A stretch of 64,000 nt of DNA from a virus. Its lineage: Duplodnaviria; Caudoviricetes. The translations under genes were made by a program, and so were the position numbers. Shown in pieces: positions 1 through 8,822 of this stretch (its first letter is position 1; the number at the start of each line of letters is the position of its first letter). Location: the IMG/VR virus record IMGVR_UViG_3300031993_000008, positions 160,001 to 224,000 of that record, one strand, 5' to 3'. The notes below the pieces were generated by a model, which saw nothing but the letters and a program-made list of their open reading frames with translations, was not told where the DNA came from and did not search any database.

Positions 1-2202
1 AAGGTTACAATTACTGCAACCAATGGTAGTAACTCATCAACCACAAAAGCAGTATCTAAGGAGGTAACCAACTCAAAGGATAGTACAAACTATTCACCTT
101 CTAATTATACAGCAAGTGTATCAATTGGTAATGGTCTTGGTCCTGGTGTAAGTAGTGCAACTGTAACAGTAAGTGGTAGTCATACAGCATATGATTACTA
201 TACTTCTGGTTATTACAATAATTCACATACTGTTACTGGTGATGGTGCAACATGGTCTATTACATCACAGACATTTAACACATCAACTACAATTACCAGG
301 TTCAGTAAATCAGGTAATACTTTGTCACATAGTAGTATGAATAATAATGTTGGTACAGATAAGGTTACAATTACTGCAACTAACTCTGTAAATAGTAGTG
401 GTACAGCAACAGCATCTAAAGAAGTAACCAACTCAAAGGATAGTACAAACTATTCACCTTCTAATTATACAGCAAGTGTATCAATTGGTAATGGATTGAC
501 TGCTGCCGGTGGTAGTGCAACTGTAACCGTAAGTGGTAGTCATACAGCATATGATTACTATACTTCTGGCTATTATGATAACTCACATACTGTTAATGAT
601 GGTGCAACATGGTCTATTACATCACAGACATTTGCTCCTGCAACTGGTGGAAGTTCATCAACCATAACCAGGTTCAGTAAATCAAGTAATACATTGTCAC
701 ATTCATCAATGGGAACAAATGCCGGTACCGACTATGTAAAGATTACAGCATCCAACTCTACAGATAGTAATGCTACTGCAATAGCAGAGAAGAGTATAAC
801 CAATGCAATTATCACAACTCAGAAATATAAGAATACAAGTGGTACAACTGGTTATAATATAACTTATGTTACACCAACTGTATCTATTGGTAATGGTTTT
901 ACTGCTGCTGGTGGTAGTGCAACAGTTACCTGTTCTGTAACTAACAACACAGATTGGTATTATAAATATGACTCTGGTAATTACACTTCACAATATACAA
1001 GTACAGAAGCAGGTACTGCAAAGTGGAGGATAACATCAAATGGTAACAGTAGGTTCTCTGAACCATCATCTGGTGGAAGTACTATAACTGTAGGTGGTTC
1101 TAATGTGACAGTTTATTCAACTGGTAGTGCTGTATCACATAGTTCTATGGGTACTTCTGCCACAACAGACAGTGTTACAGTTACAGCATATAATGTGGGT
1201 GATACAACAAAATCTGCAACAGCAAGTAAGAGTGTAACAAATTCACTTGGTTCTACCAAATATAAGAATACTTCTGGTACAGAGGGTTACAATATAACTT
1301 ATGTTGCACCAACCTGCACATTGACAAATAACCTTACTGCTGCTGGTGGTAGTGTAACTGTTACCTGTTCTGTAACCAATAACACAGACTGGTATCAAAG
1401 ATATACCTCTGGTTCATATACAGCAAAACAGACAGGTACAGAAGCAGGTACTGCAAAGTGGAGGATAACATCAAATGGTAACAGTAGGTTCTCTGAACCA
1501 TCATCTGGTGGAAGTACTATAACTGTAGGTGGTTCTAATGTGACAGTTTATTCAACTGGTACTGATGCATCACATAGTAATATGACAACCAATGCTACAA
1601 CAGACACTGTTGGTATCACAGCATATAATGTTGGTGATCCAACAAAGACAAGTGGTGAGAAGACAGTAAGTATAGGTAATGCTATTACAAATAGTAACTA
1701 TTCACCTTCTAATTATACAGCAAGTATTTCAATTGGTAATGGTTTGATTGCTGCCGGTGGTAGTGCAACTGTATCAGCAAGTGCATCACACAAGGCATAT
1801 GATCTTTATACATCAGGATCATATAACAATCAACACAATGTTAGTGATAGTGTTACTTGGGAAATAACCTCTAATGGAAATAGTAGATTCACCAAGACAA
1901 ACAATACCACCTTATCACATAGTAATATGACTACTAATGCTGTAACTGATAGTGTCACAGTAAAGGCTACAAACTCAACAGATACAACTGCAACTGCAAC
2001 TGCAAGTAAGAGTATAACCAATGCTGTGGAAAGTATTTCATTGGCAGTTAATGGAAAGACTGATGCAACTTCTGTTCCATTTGGTTCAAGTATTGCTTCT
2101 TCAAACATAGTCTTGACAGGAACATATACATCCGGTTCAACTGGAACACTTACACCAAAGGCAGTTTCATCAAGTGATACAACAGTTGCAACAGTATCAT
2201 AA
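1..2202 (+). CDS. Ser/Thr-rich repetitive Ig-like fibre protein, 5' truncated by the window; ends in an incomplete Big_2-type domain
   Basis: Frame is open from position 1 (KVTITATNGS...). Tandem ~120-145 aa beta-rich repeats (SIGNGLTAAGGSATV...SHSSM...D.VTITA.N). C-terminus is SSSDTTVATVS. Confidence 0.75.
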   Translation, partial: KVTITATNGSNSSTTKAVSKEVTNSKDSTNYSPSNYTASVSIGNGLGPGVSSATVTVSGSHTAYDYYTSGYYNNSHTVTGDGATWSITSQTFNTSTTITRFSKSGNTLSHSSMNNNVGTDKVTITATNSVNSSGTATASKEVTNSKDSTNYSPSNYTASVSIGNGLTAAGGSATVTVSGSHTAYDYYTSGYYDNSHTVNDGATWSITSQTFAPATGGSSSTITRFSKSSNTLSHSSMGTNAGTDYVKITASNSTDSNATAIAEKSITNAIITTQKYKNTSGTTGYNITYVTPTVSIGNGFTAAGGSATVTCSVTNNTDWYYKYDSGNYTSQYTSTEAGTAKWRITSNGNSRFSEPSSGGSTITVGGSNVTVYSTGSAVSHSSMGTSATTDSVTVTAYNVGDTTKSATASKSVTNSLGSTKYKNTSGTEGYNITYVAPTCTLTNNLTAAGGSVTVTCSVTNNTDWYQRYTSGSYTAKQTGTEAGTAKWRITSNGNSRFSEPSSGGSTITVGGSNVTVYSTGTDASHSNMTTNATTDTVGITAYNVGDPTKTSGEKTVSIGNAITNSNYSPSNYTASISIGNGLIAAGGSATVSASASHKAYDLYTSGSYNNQHNVSDSVTWEITSNGNSRFTKTNNTTLSHSNMTTNAVTDSVTVKATNSTDTTATATASKSITNAVESISLAVNGKTDATSVPFGSSIASSNIVLTGTYTSGSTGTLTPKAVSSSDTTVATVS
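1001..1561 (+). repeat. Intragenic direct repeat, ~126 nt identical (1001-1126 and 1436-1561)
   Basis: GTACAGAAGCAGGTACTGCAAAGTGG...TTATTCAACTGGTA occurs twice, offset 435 nt. Confidence 0.9.
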
Positions 2203-2214
2203 TGGTCAATATAT

Positions 2215-2222
2215 CATAAATA
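2215..2222 (+). promoter_or_regulatory. CATAAATA putative late promoter
   Basis: Recurring motif upstream of structural/lysis genes. Resembles the T4 late promoter TATAAATA. Confidence 0.7.
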
Positions 2223-2245
2223 ATATAAGAAAAAATATATACAAT

Positions 2246-5200
2246 ATGGCAACAATAACAGGTATAAAAGTTGGTTCAACAAACATTACTGCCACTTATG
2301 GATCTTTAACCAGTAATACAGTTGTTTTGAGTGTTACCGCTTTGAATTTGGGAACAGTTGGTACCATTTCTGGATTGTCAAATCAGACATATACAGGTAG
2401 TGCTATTAAACTTAATCCTACAGTTACGGTAACCGCAACAGGTGTTGGTACAGATGTTCCCCTTGCAAAGGATACTGACTATACTGTATCTTGGAGTAGT
2501 AGTGTAGATTCCACATCTTGTATTGCTGTTGGTACTGTTACAGTTACTGTTACAGGTAAGGGTAATTATACAGGTTCAAAAACAGCAACATACAATATTA
2601 CTGGTGCTACAATTACAGTTAAGACATCTGGTCAGTCATCTCTTATTAACCAGACTTATACATACAATGGTTCTGCCCAGGGTGTTGGTATTGTGGCAAC
2701 AACAACAAATAGTCAGACAGCAACAATCAGGTATAGAACTGCATCAAGTGGTGAATATAACTTGACATCTGCACCACAGATAACAAATGTTTCACAGTCA
2801 CCATTAACGGTTTATTATCAGGTTACAGCACCTAACCATGCTGATAAGACCGGTTCATATACAATTACTATCAATCCCGCTGGAATAACCATACCTACTC
2901 CTACTGGTATCACCAAGACATATGATGGTAGTGCTTATTCAGCATCATTTGGTTCAGTAACAGGTGCATCTATTACCAAATATCGTTATAATACTTCTGG
3001 TGCTACATCATCTTGGACTGAAACTACAACTCTTCCTTCAAGGACATCTGTTGGTACAACAACAGTTCAGGCATACTATACAGCAGATGGTAACCACAAT
3101 GGAAGTGGTTGGTCTTCAACAGCATCAATTGTTATTAATGCTGCTGACTTTACAGTAACTGCCAATAACCAATCATTTACTTGGACAGGTAATGCTCAGG
3201 GTAATGCTATTTCAGTAACTAACTTGAAGGGTAGTCAGACTGCAACAATTAAATATGGTACAACATCAGGTACATATGACTTGACATCTGCTCCAAAGAT
3301 AACCAATGTTTCACAGTCACCATTAACAGTTTATTGGCAGGTAACTGCTTCAAACCATAATACACAGACAGGTTCATATACAATCACTATCAATCCTGCT
3401 GGAATAACCATACCTACTCCTACAAGTAATGAACATATATATACAGGTACAACATATTATGCAACATTCCCTGCTGCTTCATATGCAACTATAACCAACT
3501 ATAGATATTCAACAACAGATGGTTCCGGTTGGTCTACATCAAATACAAACCCGGGTAATTCAACTGTTAGGACATTATATGTTCAGGCATACTATACAGC
3601 AGATGGTAACCACAGTGGAAGTGGTTGGTCTTCAAGTGCAACAATCACAGTAACCAATGCTACAATAACAGTAACAGCCAATAATCAGAGTTACACATAT
3701 AATGGTTCTGCCCAGGGTGCTGCTATTTCTGCATCAACAGTCAATAGTCAGACTGCAACAATTAAATATGGTACAACATCAGGTACATATGACTTGACAT
3801 CTGCTCCAAAGATAACCAATGTTGCAGATTCAAAGACTATATACTACCAGGTTACAGCACCTAACCATGCTGATAAGACCGGTTCATATACCTTGACTAT
3901 AACACCGGCAACACCTACATTCTCATTGACAGGTAGTACCAAGACATATCATGAGGGTAGTGCAGACATCAAGGCAACTGCATCTGTTGCAGGTACAGTT
4001 CATTGGGGAACAACATCCAGTGCTATGACAAGCACAAAGTCTATATCTGCTAATACTGCAACAACTGTGACAAGCAGAACTGAATCTAATGGTGTAGGTA
4101 CAACTACAATTTATGCATACTTTATACCTACAGATAATTCAAATTATAATTCAGTTGGTAGTTCATCACAATATGCACAGTCTGCTGCTGCAAAGATTAA
4201 TGCATCTGGTGATAATGATATTACTGTAAGTGTAGAAGGTACTCTTTATTATACTGGTTCTGCTCAGGTTATTGCAACCATGACTGATCGTGAAGGTGTT
4301 GCTCACTTCACATTGGGTTACAGTACAACATCAAATGGTACAGTAACTTGGGGTACTCAGGATGCAACAACAATTTCAGCTACTAATCCTGGAACATATT
4401 ATATACATTATAAGTTGACCCCAGATAGTAACCACAGTACAACAATTGAAAATAAACAAATTGATGCTACTTCAACTATCAACAATGGTACATTGACAAT
4501 CACAGTAACAGGATATAGTGCTACATATGATGGTTCTGCTCATAATATTGTTGCATCTGGACCTTCTGCAAAGAACCAGGCCAACCAGACCGTTACAGGT
4601 GTTACATATACTTATTCAACTTCTGAAAATGGAACTTATGGATCAATGCCAACACGTACTGCTGCCACTGGAACATCAGCAAATGAAAGTGCAACAGTAA
4701 CATATTGGGTAAAGGCAGATATGGATGGTTATACAACAGCCAAGAAATCATTCACAGTTTATATTGCCAGGGCTGCTAATCCTCTTACAATTTCACCTAC
4801 CACAGCAACTATTTACAATACAACAGGATATAACACAGTTCAGATTACTCCTTCAGGAGCACAGGGCAGTGTAAGTTATTCTTCAAGTGCTACTGGTAAG
4901 GCAACTGTAAATAGTTCTGGTTTGGTTACATATGTTGCTGCCGGTACAGCAACTATAACTGTAACTGCTGCTGGTAATGACAACTATAAGTCTGGTTCAA
5001 AGACCTGTGCAGTTACAACAGTTGTTGATACTGTTACCTCTTATGGTGATATTACAGGTACAATAACCATTACACAGAAGGCAAACTTCCCAGCAGGAGG
5101 TGTAACATTGACAACAAGTAATATTTCCACATATTTCAATTATACAAGTACAGCAGCACAAACAAAAACTTGGGCATCTGGAAATACAACAAGTGGAACA

Positions 5201-5548
5201 ATCACACATACATGGAGTGGTACAAATGTAAGTATTCCATCATTGGGAACATCAGAGACATCAACAGTTACTTCAAGAAACATCAGTTTCACTGTAACTG
5301 CATCTGGTGAGGGAAGCAAGACAAAGAGTGCATCAGTTTCAACAGGTAACCAGGAGGCCAACCCTGTAACTGGAATTACTTTGTCATTGGTAACTGCCGG
5401 AGATTCAACAAATACTCCTAAGACCAGTGTTGCATTTGGTTCATCCTTGAACACAAGGTTGGTGGCAACATATAAGTCTGGTTCAACAGGTGTAGTTTCA
5501 CCAAAGACTGTTACATCAAGCGATACAACTGTTGCAACAGTATCATAA
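2246..5548 (+). CDS. Ig-like repeat (MBG-like/Big_2) fibre protein that starts and ends with Big_2 half-domains
   Basis: ATG at 2246 follows a CATAAATA motif. Contains YTG..I.P.VTV...DYTVS...GT.TVTVTGKGNYTG and YTYNGSAQG repeats. One intact Big_2 (SSSATGKATVNSSGLVTYVAAGTATITVT). Ends TSSDTTVATVS. Confidence 0.8.
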   Translation: MATITGIKVGSTNITATYGSLTSNTVVLSVTALNLGTVGTISGLSNQTYTGSAIKLNPTVTVTATGVGTDVPLAKDTDYTVSWSSSVDSTSCIAVGTVTVTVTGKGNYTGSKTATYNITGATITVKTSGQSSLINQTYTYNGSAQGVGIVATTTNSQTATIRYRTASSGEYNLTSAPQITNVSQSPLTVYYQVTAPNHADKTGSYTITINPAGITIPTPTGITKTYDGSAYSASFGSVTGASITKYRYNTSGATSSWTETTTLPSRTSVGTTTVQAYYTADGNHNGSGWSSTASIVINAADFTVTANNQSFTWTGNAQGNAISVTNLKGSQTATIKYGTTSGTYDLTSAPKITNVSQSPLTVYWQVTASNHNTQTGSYTITINPAGITIPTPTSNEHIYTGTTYYATFPAASYATITNYRYSTTDGSGWSTSNTNPGNSTVRTLYVQAYYTADGNHSGSGWSSSATITVTNATITVTANNQSYTYNGSAQGAAISASTVNSQTATIKYGTTSGTYDLTSAPKITNVADSKTIYYQVTAPNHADKTGSYTLTITPATPTFSLTGSTKTYHEGSADIKATASVAGTVHWGTTSSAMTSTKSISANTATTVTSRTESNGVGTTTIYAYFIPTDNSNYNSVGSSSQYAQSAAAKINASGDNDITVSVEGTLYYTGSAQVIATMTDREGVAHFTLGYSTTSNGTVTWGTQDATTISATNPGTYYIHYKLTPDSNHSTTIENKQIDATSTINNGTLTITVTGYSATYDGSAHNIVASGPSAKNQANQTVTGVTYTYSTSENGTYGSMPTRTAATGTSANESATVTYWVKADMDGYTTAKKSFTVYIARAANPLTISPTTATIYNTTGYNTVQITPSGAQGSVSYSSSATGKATVNSSGLVTYVAAGTATITVTAAGNDNYKSGSKTCAVTTVVDTVTSYGDITGTITITQKANFPAGGVTLTTSNISTYFNYTSTAAQTKTWASGNTTSGTITHTWSGTNVSIPSLGTSETSTVTSRNISFTVTASGEGSKTKSASVSTGNQEANPVTGITLSLVTAGDSTNTPKTSVAFGSSLNTRLVATYKSGSTGVVSPKTVTSSDTTVATVS

Positions 5549-5560
5549 TCATATAAATTT

Positions 5561-5597
5561 TGTTTTCACATTCTCCATTAAGGAGGATGTGAAAACA
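5561..5597 (+). other. 16-bp intergenic stem-loop without a clear U-tract
   Basis: TGTTTTCACATTCTCC-ATTAA-GGAGGATGTGAAAACA, with one G-U pair. Confidence 0.8.
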
Positions 5598-5624
5598 TTA
5601 TAAAAACAAAGAGTTAATAGAAGT

Positions 5625-6590
5625 ATGAGTATAGTAAAGGGTATTAAGGTAGGTTATGCGGATATTACCGCAACATACGATAGTACTACTGCATTATCTG
5701 ATACTGAAGGTCTGACAGTTGTTGCTGTACCACTTGGAGGAATTGCATCTCCAAACAATACAACATATGATGGCAACCCACAGTATCCAACACCCACAGT
5801 AACTGCTACTGTGGGTGGTGAGGTTATTGTTCTTGTCAAAGACACTGATTATACATTATCATATTCAAACAATACCAATACCGGTACTGCAACAGTGACC
5901 GCAACAGGTAAGGGAAATTATAGTGGAGAAGTATCATCAACCTGGACAATCAACAGTGCTGAAATTATTGTTGATGTTTCTGATCAGGAATATACATATA
6001 ATGGTTTATCACAAGGTATTGGAGTTTCAGTATCACTTGTTTCAGGAGAACCAACAATTAAATATGGATTATCATCAGGAACATACAACCTTACAACAGC
6101 ACCACAGTTCAGGGATGTCAAGACATCAGGTACATCATATTACACAGTATATTACCAAGTCATAGCAGAGAACCATACAACCAATGAGGGTTCATATAAG
6201 GTTACAATTATACCTTTGACTGCAATACTTGAGTGGGGAGATACATCTTGGGTATATGATGGGGAACAACATTATACAACATGTGTTGTTAGTAATAAGG
6301 TATATGGTGATGATTGTGTTGTTACATTGTCTGGAAACAGTATTACCAATATTGGTTCAACAACAGTAACAGCAGTGGGATTTTCAGGAACAGATGGAAG
6401 CAATTATAAATTGCCGGTAGAACAGGTTCTTTTGGAGAGAACTCTTACTGTAAGGGCAGGTTTGTTTGTCAAGTTGTCAGGTGTCTGGACACCGGTTAAA
6501 AGAGTATATAAAAAGGTGTCTGGAAACTGGGTTGAACAGGAGATGGATTCTGCATTTAGTACTTCAAAGATGTACAAGAAAATGAATTAA
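5625..6590 (+). CDS. Ig-like repeat fibre protein, probable tip/cap subunit
   Basis: N-terminus MSIVKGIKVGYADITATY. Repeats are paralogous to the upstream gene (DTDYTLSYSNNTNTGTATVTATGKGNY). C-terminal FVKLSGVWTPVKRVYKKVSGNW is a phage-fibre-type motif. Confidence 0.7.
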   Translation: MSIVKGIKVGYADITATYDSTTALSDTEGLTVVAVPLGGIASPNNTTYDGNPQYPTPTVTATVGGEVIVLVKDTDYTLSYSNNTNTGTATVTATGKGNYSGEVSSTWTINSAEIIVDVSDQEYTYNGLSQGIGVSVSLVSGEPTIKYGLSSGTYNLTTAPQFRDVKTSGTSYYTVYYQVIAENHTTNEGSYKVTIIPLTAILEWGDTSWVYDGEQHYTTCVVSNKVYGDDCVVTLSGNSITNIGSTTVTAVGFSGTDGSNYKLPVEQVLLERTLTVRAGLFVKLSGVWTPVKRVYKKVSGNWVEQEMDSAFSTSKMYKKMN

Positions 6591-6595
6591 TGATT

Positions 6596-6603
6596 CATAA
6601 ATA
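6596..6603 (+). promoter_or_regulatory. CATAAATA putative late promoter
   Basis: Intergenic, upstream of 6639. Confidence 0.7.
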
Positions 6604-6638
6604 CATAAAGAATATACAATATAAAAACAAATAAAATT

Positions 6639-8696
6639 ATGGCAAAACGTTTAAATGATAATGATGTTTTTGGTCTTGTAGATACTGCTGCATCCAATTA
6701 TATTCAGGAAATTTATGATGGTACAAACACTCATGCTGTTGCTGTTAAAAAAGGTATAACCTTCTTTAATGGTAGTGCTGATACCACTGGTGTTGTATGG
6801 AATGGTGTTCAGGAACTTGAGGTTGTTATCCCTACACTTGCTGATATCGTTTCAAACCCTGTAGTTCTTAAGGGTGTAATTAATAACGATTCTCAGATTC
6901 CTTCAACTGCATCAAATGGTGACTTGTATTACATTGGTGCAGATGGTGTTACAATTGATGGTCAGCTCTGTGAGGCTGGAGATATGGCAGTTTATTATAA
7001 TAGTGCTTGGCATGTAATTTCTGGTGAGAATCAGGTTACTATCAACACCTCTGCCGGTACAGTTACAGGTAATGACACAGTATTCTCAATTTCAGGTACA
7101 GCAAAGACTATCCTTACAGTTGAAGGTAAGACTTTGAGTGTTGAACTTGACTATGATGATATAGCAAGTAAGGTTAATGTTTCAAAGGGTGGTTCTGCTG
7201 CTATTTCAGTTGTAAATGGTACAGTTTCTGTTGATTCTATGAATATTGCTCTCGCAAAGACAGCCGGTGTATCACAGGATATTGCAACAGAAAAGACTAT
7301 TGCTCTTCCAACAGCCCTTGCATCTGGTGCAGTTACAATCAGTGAGAGTGTTCTTATATCATCTGACTTCTCATTTACCCAGGGTTCATTCCCAACAGCA
7401 AGTGTAAATACTACTGCTATTTCTATCAATGCTTCAACAGATATTTCAGTTACAGGTACATTTGTAACATCAGTTTCAGCTGTTGGTGGTGTATCTTTTG
7501 AAGAGGGTTCAAATGTAAGTAATGACCTTGCTTTTGTAACTGGTCTTACTTCTGCTTCAGGTACAAATTTTGTAACCGGAATCCGCACATTTGTATCAGA
7601 TGGAGAAACCCCAGATGCTTCAACAGATGTTATATTTGAAATCCCAGGTGCTGTTACTGTAACAGGTACAAGTACATTTGCAACAGGTTTTGGTGCAGCT
7701 GCAGCTTCTGGTGATGTTATTTCATCAGTTTCAGTTGGTGCAGTTACTATTGGTACTGGTACAGACATTGTAACTGGTCTTACTGGTGCAGGTAATTCAG
7801 TTATTACAGGTGTTACATTTGGTGATGCTTCAACAGACAGCACAAGAGAGTGGTTCTATAGTGGTCTCACAGAGGGTAGTGATGTTGTTACTGATGTTAC
7901 TGTTGGCACAGTTTCATTTGTTAGTGGTAATGATACAGCAGGTATGACAGATTCTGCTCTTGTAACCGCTTCTGTAAGTAACCATGTTCTTTCATTCACA
8001 ACTGGTACATTTATGAAACCTGTAAGTATTTCACAGGCTTCTTCTTCAGTTAGTAAGAAGGGATTCACAAAGACAGGTATTTCACTTACTGGATTTAGTT
8101 CAACATCAGATACCTTTACAAAGGGTGGTATCAGTCAGGCTGAAACAACTGTTTCTTATAAGAGTCTTACAACTGATAGTATTAACATTGCTCTTGGTTC
8201 AGCAACCAAGTATGTAGCTGATAAGGCAGAAGATCATGCATATACAGCAACAATGGGTTATAAGAAACTTTCATTGACTGATGCAACAACCTCAACAGGT
8301 TCACCTACACTTACAGGTACAAACATTACAGCTACTATCCCAGCTGAAACAGTTGTTGTTGGACTTAATGCAGGTACACTTCCTTCATTAGAAATTGGTG
8401 CACCATCAGGTACACTCACAGGTTCTGTTGGTACTACATTGGATACATCATCTGTTTCTTGGCTTGCTGTCGCATCTGATAAGAGAAATATTGCTGGTGG
8501 TGATACATATACATTGACATCTAACAGTTCAGCAGAAGGTGTTATCTCTGGTAGTGTAATTTCTGTTGCTGCTGCTGATAACTATGATGTTACAGGTGCA
8601 ACTGTTACAATTGCTTCTGGTGTCTTTGTAACTGATGTTGAAGTAAATGGTTCTACTGCTCTGCCGGTTCCAGTTCTTCAACCAGTGCTCAACTGA
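6639..8696 (+). CDS. Putative tail fibre / virion structural protein (Ser/Thr/Gly-rich)
   Basis: 685 aa. LKGV...P...GDLYY...GDMAVY...W segment typical of phage fibres, FTQGSFPT/AGTLPSL motifs, preceded by CATAAATA. Confidence 0.6.
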   Translation: MAKRLNDNDVFGLVDTAASNYIQEIYDGTNTHAVAVKKGITFFNGSADTTGVVWNGVQELEVVIPTLADIVSNPVVLKGVINNDSQIPSTASNGDLYYIGADGVTIDGQLCEAGDMAVYYNSAWHVISGENQVTINTSAGTVTGNDTVFSISGTAKTILTVEGKTLSVELDYDDIASKVNVSKGGSAAISVVNGTVSVDSMNIALAKTAGVSQDIATEKTIALPTALASGAVTISESVLISSDFSFTQGSFPTASVNTTAISINASTDISVTGTFVTSVSAVGGVSFEEGSNVSNDLAFVTGLTSASGTNFVTGIRTFVSDGETPDASTDVIFEIPGAVTVTGTSTFATGFGAAAASGDVISSVSVGAVTIGTGTDIVTGLTGAGNSVITGVTFGDASTDSTREWFYSGLTEGSDVVTDVTVGTVSFVSGNDTAGMTDSALVTASVSNHVLSFTTGTFMKPVSISQASSSVSKKGFTKTGISLTGFSSTSDTFTKGGISQAETTVSYKSLTTDSINIALGSATKYVADKAEDHAYTATMGYKKLSLTDATTSTGSPTLTGTNITATIPAETVVVGLNAGTLPSLEIGAPSGTLTGSVGTTLDTSSVSWLAVASDKRNIAGGDTYTLTSNSSAEGVISGSVISVAAADNYDVTGATVTIASGVFVTDVEVNGSTALPVPVLQPVLN

Positions 8697-8754
8697 TTCC
8701 AGTTCTTCAACCAGAACCAAATAATGCATAATCAAAACACTTAATATATGATTG

Positions 8755-8789
8755 AAAAGGACTTGGATTTCAAGTCCTTTTCTTTTTTT
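8755..8789 (+). terminator. Intrinsic terminator
   Basis: AAAAGGACTTG-GATTT-CAAGTCCTTTT followed by a T-run. Confidence 0.8.
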
Positions 8790-8799
8790 GTTATATTTA
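8787..8799 (+). promoter_or_regulatory. TTTGTTATATTTA putative early/middle promoter
   Basis: 13-mer found intergenically 8 times, always oriented toward a start codon. Confidence 0.7.
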
Positions 8800-8822
8800 A
8801 TGTATATAAAATATCTTTTAAT

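Noticed and set aside
2174-2245. Upstream extensions given by the ORF track (2174, also 8748, 45004, 54358, 54845, 55102)
   Set aside because: They overlap upstream genes, terminators or promoter motifs. Downstream ATGs fit the homologous N-termini and gene packing better.
1-5548. Diversity-generating retroelement template/variable repeats
   Set aside because: Differences between repeats are not adenine-specific, all copies are inside the reading frame, and no reverse transcriptase is present in the window.
2200-5624. Intron splicing or T4 gene 60-style ribosomal bypass joining the split Ig genes
   Set aside because: Spacers of 43 and 76 nt are too short for group I/II introns and unlike each other. 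No in-frame TCA landing codon matches the take-off codon. Both downstream genes have their own ATG.
7151-7843. Long antisense ORFs (7151-7843, 10980-11543, 58336-58968 and similar)
   Set aside because: They are shadows of biased codon usage on the coding strand, with no motifs or expression signals.
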